Shown here: positions 35,306 to 36,775 of the stretch, one piece after another
Layout of the letters: each line of letters opens with the position of its first letter
Position numbering within the stretch: position 1 is the first letter of the stretch
NCBI RefSeq assembly: GCF_004010195.1
Contig: NC_057753.1
Span: 5,047,156-5,083,930 of the forward strand
Direction: 5' to 3'
Length of the DNA stretch: 36,775 bases
DNA from: Chiloscyllium plagiosum
Lineage: Eukaryota
Translations under genes and position numbers: made by a program
The notes under the pieces: model-generated
The model's database searches: none
What the model was told of the DNA's origin: nothing
Seen by the model: the letters and a program-made list of their open reading frames with translations, nothing else

Positions 35306-35405
35306 ATTTGAAGGCTGATAGTATCCTGATTAATTGAGCGATTATGTCAGATTTTGATGTGGCGTCTGGTTGCAGTTTCTCGACTGTGAATTAATTTGTA
35401 ACATC
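35306..35405 (-). other. Putative non-coding 5' exon of the 29857-30891 ZNF gene
   Basis: Acceptor cttttacag| at 35406-35407 and donor |gtaagc at 35304-35305. Confidence 0.55.
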
Positions 35406-35802
35406 CTGTAAAAGAAGCTTGCAAATTCCGTCAAAATCGCACCAGGACAGATATTCACAAAATCCCCATCCCCTGTATGAATATACACGTTCTGTGATGC
35501 ACATTACCCCTCGACATGATTGGCTGCTCCTCGATTCGAGGTTGACCTCTCCTCAGGATGGTGAGTTTCTGCCCTGGGTCTCCATGTGACTGAACAGAGC
35601 CACAGACCTTTGGACATCTGGGATAGTAGGGCCCATCAGGTGGTGGAATCCAGAAAGCAGGAGTTTCTTCCTTTTCTTTGCTTCTGTGTCTTGCTCTGCC
35701 TCGTCAACAAGACATTGGGTGTGAAAGGCCAATGCAGCTTGATGGACAGGTTGTCTCCATCCTGAACAATGGGCAGCAAGCTCCTCCCATTAATTCCAAA
35801 AA

Positions 35803-35873
35803 TTGCCCCCTACAAAGATGGCGGGCTGCGCATTTGGCCTCCGGCCTAGTGACCCGAATAAAGATGGCGGCCG
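35803..35873. promoter_or_regulatory. Twin YY1-like module
   Basis: aagatggcgg at 35815 and 35861 (46 bp apart), with tgcgcat between them. Confidence 0.6.
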
Positions 35874-36074
35874 TCACCCCATCAGGGGCCGATCGCCGGA
35901 GGAAGCCTGGGGAGTCGTCTTCCGATTGGGGGGGGGGAAGAGGAAGGAAGGAACATGGAGTTTCTTATTCGGCCGTCACAAATTGTTCTCGAACCCTCTC
36001 CGCTCACCCATTGCTTGGTCCATCGCTCCCTTCGATCCGGGAAATGCATCATTAAGGGTCGGAGGGAACATTGA

Positions 36075-36170
36075 GCCTGCGCATGCCCCGCCCCAAACAG
36101 TAAACGTTCCCGCACACGGTCACGGCTGATTGACAGCAGTTCCGGACCAATTGGGAAAGGGGGCGGGATC
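36075..36170 (-). promoter_or_regulatory. Likely promoter of the 29857-30891 ZNF gene
   Basis: tgcgcatgc, ccccgcccc, TGATTGACAG at 36127-36136, CCAAT at 36147-36151 and ggggcggg. Confidence 0.6.
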
Positions 36171-36196
36171 GTAGAGTCCCTGGTCGGTGTCACACA

Positions 36197-36363
36197 GTCA
36201 TTGAGATGTAAAGCACAGAAACAGACCCTTGACCAACTCGTCCATGCTGACCAGATATCCCCAACCTAATCTACTCCCATTCGCTAGCATTTGGCGCACA
36301 TCCGTCCAACCCTTCCTATTCGTATACCCATCCAGCTGCTTTTTAAATGCTGAAATTGTACCA
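36197..36363 (-). mobile_element. HER1-like LINE extreme 3' end
   Basis: GTISAFKKQLDGYTNRKG, matching the tails of the other HER1-like copies. Confidence 0.8.
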
Positions 36364-36775
36364 GTTGTTATAGGGGATTCTATAATCAAGGGGATCCTTT
36401 GCAAGCCGGATTGGGAGTCTCGCATGGTGTGTTGCCTACCCGGTGCCAGGGTGCGGGACATCTGTGACCGGCTTGAAAGGATATTGGAGCGGGAGGCGGA
36501 GGATCCAGTTGTTGTGGTCCACGTTGGGACTAACAACATAGGCAAAGCTAGGTTGGAGGACCTGTTTGGGGATTATCGAGCACTAGGAAGGAAATTGAAG
36601 TACAGGTCCTCAAGGGTCATAATCTCCGGATTACTGCCCGAGCCACATGCCAATTGGCATAGGGATAAGAAAATTAGGGAAGTAAACAAGTGGCTAAGGG
36701 ATTGGTGTGGGAAAGAGGGATTCCACTTCATGGGCACTGGCATCAGTTTTGGAACCGGGGGGATCTGTACCGTTG
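36364..36775 (+). mobile_element. CR1 LINE ORF1 SGNH-esterase domain fragment
   Basis: Translates VVIGDSIIKG...CCLPGARVRD...VVVHVGTNNIG...VIISGLLP. GDS and GTNx blocks are present and there is a frameshift near 36733. Confidence 0.85.

Noticed and set aside
36364..36775. Host GDSL/SGNH lipase gene
   Set aside because: No start codon or splice acceptor, abuts a LINE tail, is frameshifted and matches the CR1 ORF1 esterase pattern.

Overview
Eukaryotic (non-microbial) DNA, very probably from a shark: it is dense in HE1-like tRNA-derived SINEs, HER1/CR1 LINE ends and Penelope-like element (PLE) termini. The window is part of a tandem C2H2 zinc-finger gene cluster with four long finger ORFs (three on -, one on +), one TE-shattered finger pseudogene, and the 5' end of a further minus-strand gene running off the left edge. 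No KRAB, SCAN or BTB domain is visible. The minus-strand genes share one design: GC-rich promoter, then a ~45-bp-period tandem YY1(+NRF1)-like module in intron 1, then a short non-coding exon that resembles the head of the coding exon, then one finger exon with a conserved 3' UTR and AATAAA. The PLE termini carry minimal hammerhead-ribozyme motifs, one of them fully canonical. All calls were made by eye. Repeat family names and boundaries are approximate, and gene models are inferred from splice consensus and paralog comparison, not from transcripts.
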